From: Macrostomum lignano
Lineage: Eukaryota
Assembly (NCBI GenBank): GCA_002269645.1
Contig: NIVC01000421.1
Coordinates: 124,001-188,000, forward strand
DNA: 64,000 nucleotides
Reading direction: 5' to 3'
Below the pieces are notes generated by a model. That model was not told where the DNA came from. It saw only the letters and a program-made list of their open reading frames with translations, and searched no databases. Of this stretch, positions 57,901-64,000 are shown piece by piece. The position numbers and the translations under genes are program-made. The first letter of the stretch is position 1, and the number at the start of each line of letters is the position of its first letter.

Positions 57901-60598
57901 GATTGGTCAAAATCTTTGACGGTTGTACCAAGGCCAAAGTCACGTGACTGTTCCCGTGTTTTAACGGAGGACCAAGGCCAAAGTCACGTGACTGTTTTCG
58001 GGTTTAAACCGAGACCGCCCCGCCATTTTTCCCGCCGGGCCAGATTCAAGACTTAAATATTTATACTTCGAACGCAAAAAGGGGGTGTTAAAAATCGATG
58101 AGAGTGCCCGCAGGGAGAGAGTGGCAGACAGATTAAACATGAACAAGGCTAGAGATAAGGACAGAAAAATCAGCCCTGGGAGTAGGGTTTGGTGGGAGGC
58201 CAAAACGCAGGGTGGAGAGATAAGAATTAAACACACACCCAGCGAGACAGCCAGCCAATCAGAAAGCAGGAGGAGGGACGAACGGAGAGCAAAGGATTGC
58301 AAAAACACACACGAGCACCCAGAAGAGACAGGAATACCTGTGCTTTCATTTGATAGCGTCAAGTTCGCATTGTTTTTCAGTAGTATCTCATCTTCTGTAT
58401 TTCTAATTCCGTATATGTTTAATTTTTTTTCCTAAAAATTCAAAGCACGACGGAGTGGCACTGATGGAGCGCCACAGGCTGCTGGAGACGTCTCGCCGGC
58501 AGGATGCTCAGGTCGAAGCTGAGCGCCAGACCCGCCTGGAGACGTCCAGACGGAGGCAGCTGCCGCTGATGCAGGCGCCCTGGCACTCCAGTGGAGCCGC
58601 TCCAGCTCACCGGTTCAACGTGCTGGATAGTCAGGATATTCAACGAATGGACTCCAGGAGAAGGGATCCGCCGCCGAGGAACACGTAAGTATCCTCGTGT
58701 TGCGTCTCTGCTAATTCTTTCCTTAGGAAAATCCCTGCTGCTTTCGATATTTGAGGGAAATCCCTGTTTCTTTAATCTAAGGGAAATCCCTGTTTCCTCG
58801 ATCTAAGGGGAATCCCTGTTTCGTGTATCTAAGGGAAATCCCTGTTTCTTTGATCTAAGGGAAATCCCAGTTTCCTCGATCTAAGGGAAATCCCTGTTTC
58901 GTGCATCTAAGGGAAATCCCTGTTTCCTTGATCTAAGAGAAATCCCTGTTTCGTGTATCTAAGGGAAATCCCTGTTTCCTTGATCTAAGAGAAATCCCTG
59001 TTTCGTGTATCTAAGGAAAATCCCTGTTTCTTTGATCTAAGGGAAATCCCAGTTTCTTTGATCTATGGGAATTCCCCGTTTCTTTGATCTAAGGGAAATC
59101 CCTGTTTCCTCGATCTAAGGGAAATCCCTGTTTCGTGTATCTAAGGGAAATCCCTGTTTCCTTGATCTAAGGGAAATCCCTGTTTCTTTGATCTAAGGGA
59201 ATTCCCCGTTTCTTTGATCTATGGGAAATCCCTGTTTCCTCGATCTACGAGAAATCCCTGTTTCACGTATCTATGGAAAATCCCTGTTTCGTGTATGTAA
59301 GGGAAATCCCTGTTTCGTGTATGGAAGGGAAATCCCTGTTTCGTGTATCTAAGGGAAATCCCCGTTTCTTTGATCTATGGGATATCCATGTTTTAAGTTA
59401 TTGCTTATTTTCTCTGATGAACTAAAAGCGTAAACTGACGCTTATTATTGAACTACATTTATTGTTATTTGGATTTCCCTGCCCCAGCATGAGGAGCGTT
59501 GTGCAGGTGCCCTCCGGTCGACCATTCTGCTCTTCAATCAACATATCGGGCAGTTCGCCGGAGCGAGCCGAGCTCCGTGGAACCACAGCAACAATGCTGA
59601 ACACATCGAGATCTTTTCACGCGACTGTAAGAATATTATGGGCACTTTAAATAGCTGTGTACTCGTAAAATGATCGGACGGGATAAACTATTCTAACTCC
59701 CCAATAATCCATTTGTCAGAGAGCTCTGTTCTCCGAGTCCACCACGCAGACACCTGCGGCTCTGTGGCGGGCTGCCTCAGCCGCCGCCGCCGCTGCCGCA
59801 GCCGCTTCTGATGAAGATGGCAATGACGAAAAGAAGAAGAAGGACAAGAAGAAAAAGAAGAAAAATGACAAAGCCGGTAGCGGCGAAGATGAAAGCGACA
59901 GCGAAGGAGGCGACAAGAAGAAGGACAAGAAAAAGAAGAAAAAGGACAAAGCCGGTAGCGGCAAAGATGAAAGCGACAGCGACGGAGATGAAAAAAAGAA
60001 GGACAAGAAGAAAAAGAAGAAAAAGGATAAAGCCGGTAGCGGCAAAGATGAAAGCGACAGCGACGGAGATGAAAAAAAGAAGGACAAGAAGAAAAAGAAG
60101 AAAAAGGACAAAGCCGGTAGCAGCGAAGATGAAAGCGACAGCGATGGAGGCGACAAGAAAAAGAAGGACAAGAAGAAAAAGAAGAAAGAAAAAGCCGGCA
60201 GCAGCGAAGATGAAAGCGACAGCGATGGAAGCGACAAGAAAAAGAAGGACAAGAATAAAAAGAAGAAGAAAGAAAAAGCCGGCAGCAGCGAAGATGAAAG
60301 CGACAGCGATGGAGGCGACAAGAAAAAGAAGGACAAGAAGAAAAAGAAGAAGAAGGACAAAGCCGGAAGCGGCGAAGATGAAAGTGACAGCGGCGCTGAG
60401 GAAGACAAAAAGAAGAAGGACAAGAAGAAAAAGAAGAAGAAAGATGGTAGCGAGGAAGAAGAGGACAGCAAGGGCGAGGGCAAGCAGAAGAAAAAGAAGA
60501 AGGAAAAGCAGATAGAGGAGTTCAAGCCGAGGAAGCTGAATCTGAAGGAGGGCGCGTCTGGCAGAGGCAGTCAGCCTCTGCTGACTCCAGACTCCTGA
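54987..60598 (+). CDS. FBXO16: FBXO16 orthologue with long Lys/Asp-repeat C-terminus; exons 54987-55037 (start uncertain), 55340-55375, 55745-55951, 56973-57161, [57406-57417], 58446-58684, 59488-59626, 59720-60598
   Basis: [12 protein letters not shown]|[37 protein letters not shown] and PWHSS...RFNVLD match FBXO16 ([46 protein letters not shown]...RFNYLD). Splice phases are consistent. The first exon, the microexon and the last two exons are less certain. Confidence 0.8.
56005..56845. repeat. 22-bp minisatellite filling an FBXO16 intron (ctggattctcattgagattgag)
   Basis: Direct reading, about 38 highly homogeneous copies. Confidence 0.95.
58725..59385. repeat. 26-bp intronic minisatellite (ctaagggaaatccctgtttctttgat)
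   Basis: Direct reading, about 25 copies. Confidence 0.95.
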
Positions 60599-60746
60599 GC
60601 GGTCGCTGCGGCAACCTGAAACTTTCAAAGTCTTTGTGCACAAGGACCGCTGGTAAATTATAACCCCGATTTCGTTTTGAAATGCATTAACAAAACAGGA
60701 AGTTTGCACCAATAAAGTATTTTGATTGATGCTGGTTTGTTGGTCC

Positions 60747-61578
<832 letters not shown>

Positions 61579-62149
61579 TAGTGTTTGTTCATGACTACAA
61601 AATGCAAACCAGTGGAATCCTTCATATTGTTAATGCTAGAAGCAGCTGTTACGTGGTCTAGGAGCAGTCTACTGACATCTTTTCCAGCTAATTTTAATCT
61701 CATAATTTCGCTAGTGGGTCCTAAACGAAAGAGATTCATAAAGCCATGTAAAGCACTTAAAAGCTGTTTCACTGCGCTGAACAATATAGATGATATATAT
61801 GATATTTTTTTTCTTTCTAAAAACATAACTCGCTTCTGTCTGTAACGCTTGCATCTGACGCATTCCATTAGAAAAATCATTTTCATCACTTTTTACTGTG
61901 TTTATCGTTAATACAGCTTTTGCTCTTTTTTAAGAGCGCTTTCTCTAATTATACGAGTAATTCTATTTTAGAACGAAAAAAATACGTTTCTTTTCATTTC
62001 TGCGGTGTTCGCCAGCACACCTTTGATTTCGTTTCAAATTGACTGTTTGATTAAATTCTTCTTTAAAAACAACAGCTTTGCTCTGCGTCTTTCATAGTCT
62101 GCACTTTTTGCTTCTTCTGGCTGAACGATTTGTCTTCCGTAGAATGTGC

Positions 62150-62550
62150 GTCTGTCTGTGTCTGCCTTCCTGTCTGTGTGTGTCTGCCTTCCTGTCTGTG
62201 TGTGTCTACCTTCCTGTCTGTGTGTGTCTGCCTTCCTGTCTGTGTGTGTCTGCCTTCCTGTCTGTGTGTGTCTGCCTTCCTGTCTGTGTGTGTCTGCCTT
62301 CCTGTCTGTCTGTGTCTGCCTTCCTGTCTGTGTGTGTCTGCCTTCCTGTCTGTCTGTGTCTGCCTTCCTGTCTGTGTGTGTCTGCCTTCCTGTCTGTGTG
62401 TGTCTGCCTTCCTGTCTGTGTGTGTCTGCCTTCCTGTCTGTCTGTGTCTGCCTTCCTGTCTGTCTCTGTCTGCCTTCCTGTCTGTCTGTGTCTGCCTTCC
62501 TGTCTGTCTCTGTCTGCCTTCCTGTCTGTGTGTGTCTGCCTTCCTGTCCT
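62150..62550. repeat. 20-bp compound repeat (tgtctgccttcctgtctgtg)
   Basis: Direct reading. Confidence 0.95.
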
Positions 62551-63225
62551 TCTTTTTGTCTGTCTTAGTATCTTAGTGTCTGTCTGTCTATCTGTCTTAT
62601 AGTGTCTGTCTGTGTCTGTTTATCTGTCTATCTGTCTGTCCTGTTTTTAGCTGCCTGTCTTTTTCTGTATTTCTAATTTTTTTATTGTCTATGTTGTTAT
62701 AAAACCTGAAGTAATTCAGCTTTGAAAAACCTTACGCTAATGAGCCATGGTCTCAGTAGTCATAATTGCTTACTGAAAATAGAATTTAGAAAGTTTCTTT
62801 ATTTATCCGCATATAATCTGCAGCGCAGTGTTAATTAGCAAATAACAGCTTAACTTGTACATAGCGCGTTTATTTATCTAAGTTTTTTCAAGATTTCAAT
62901 AAATCTTAAACTGTCTAAGTAAATTTTCAACGATTAAAACAAAAGCCCGCCGATTTGATTCGTGGATCGACAAACTGCGGGTTATTAATTGTAATAATTT
63001 TTTCAAACAGCTTCTAGACTTCCCATTGTCAATTCTTTGCCAAGCGTGCCGGTGAACAAAGGAATGAGCTTAAAAACATTTAATTTAAAACCCAAGTTCA
63101 TTGCTTCTACAACTTGAAGATTTTCATTTTTCCGGAAATTAATTTTTCTTGTCTTAATTTTGAACAGAAATGTGTTATTAAATATTAGATTCATGCGGAC
63201 AAAGTCACGCAGTGAAGACCTGCCG

Positions 63226-64000
63226 TCAGTCGATTTGGCGGCCACCGTCACACTCGCTGGCGGTGGTGCAAATCTCTGAAATTCAGTGAGTGTCAGTCAG
63301 TCAGTCAGTCAGTCAGTCAGTCAGTCAGTCAGTCAGTCAGTCAGTCAGTCAGTCAGTCAGTCAGTCAGTCAGTCAGTCAGTCAGTCAGTCAGTCAGTCAG
63401 TCAGTCAGTCAGTCAGTCAGTCAGTCAGTCAGTCAGTCAGTCAGTCAGTCAGTCAGTCAGTCAGTCAGTCAGTCAGTCAGTCAGTCAGTCAGTCAGTCAG
63501 TCAGTCAGTCAGTCAGTCAGTCAGTCAGTCAGTCAGTCAGTCAGTCAGACAGTCAGACAGTCAGACAGTCAGTCAGTCAGTCAGTCAGTCAGTCAGTCAG
63601 TCAGTCAGTCAGACAGTCAGTCAGTCAGTCAGTCAGTCAGTCAGTCAGTCAGTCAGTCAGTCAGACAGTCAGTCAGTCAGTCAGTCAGTCAGTCAGTCAG
63701 TCAGTCAGTCAGTCAGTCAGACAGTCAGACAGTCAGTCAGTCAGTCAGTCAGTCAGTCAGACAGTCAGTCAGTCAGTCAGTCGCTACTCACCGCCGACAC
63801 AGCAGACCCCAGGTGCGGCGCATTTGCCCCCAGCGTCGCCAAGGCAACCGTTGGCGGGGAGTCGCCTGCGGCAGGCGGCGGCCCTCCAGCTGGCGACGCC
63901 GCTGCAGTCGAAGCTGCCACCGGCGTTTCTTGGCTCGCTGCTGGCGGTCACGATGCAGCCGAAGCTGCCGCAGCAGAGACGCTCACCGAGACACACTCCG
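63226..64000 (-). CDS. Oxytocin/vasopressin-family precursor, neurophysin domain (partial; 5' part outside window); exons >64000-63792 and 63275-63226
   Basis: The spliced translation CLGERLCCGSFGC...C...C...C...GGKCAAPGVCCVG|EICTTASECDGGRQID* has 12 Cys in neurophysin order (CFGPSICC..GC..C..C..C..GGRCAAFGVCCND|ESCVTEPEC). The phase-1 intron sits at the same codon as in vertebrate AVP/OXT. Confidence 0.85.
63290..63782. repeat. (AGTC)n microsatellite filling the neurophysin intron
   Basis: Direct reading; about 490 of 516 intron bases. Confidence 0.98.

Noticed and set aside
59716-60712. ORF-track proteins 59811..60515 (+, Arg/Lys-rich) and the Phe-rich minus-strand ORFs
   Set aside because: They are alternate-frame or antisense shadows. 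Splice phase selects the frame starting at 59720.

Overview
This is eukaryotic (metazoan) genomic DNA with GC-richer exons, AT-rich GT-AG introns and dense MITE and tandem-repeat content. No prokaryotic features or CRISPR arrays are present. The style suggests an invertebrate such as a free-living flatworm, but that is inference only. Manual splicing recovers these genes in order: a secreted PAN/apple + C-type lectin gene (-), MYDGF (+, 3 exons), and a tandem cluster TRPV-like a (-) / HHAT-like MBOAT a (+) / dead Crypton-type tyrosine recombinase / HHAT-like b (+) / TRPV-like b (-) / HHAT-like c (+). After a gene-free repeat zone (37-46.9 kb) come BMI1/Psc-type PCGF (+), a 3-exon globin (-), an FBXO16 orthologue with an unusual ~290-aa Lys/Asp-repeat last exon (+), and the 3' two exons of an oxytocin/vasopressin-type neurophysin precursor (-) running off the window. 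Three genes (lectin, HHAT-a, TRPV-b) each carry a single-base frameshift, so pseudogene versus assembly error is unresolved. The most notable structure is the interleaved HHAT x3 / TRPV x2 array, whose catalytic and pore cores are homogenised while other membrane and extracellular segments diverge. All coordinates and alignments were read by eye, and family calls rest on recalled motifs rather than database searches.
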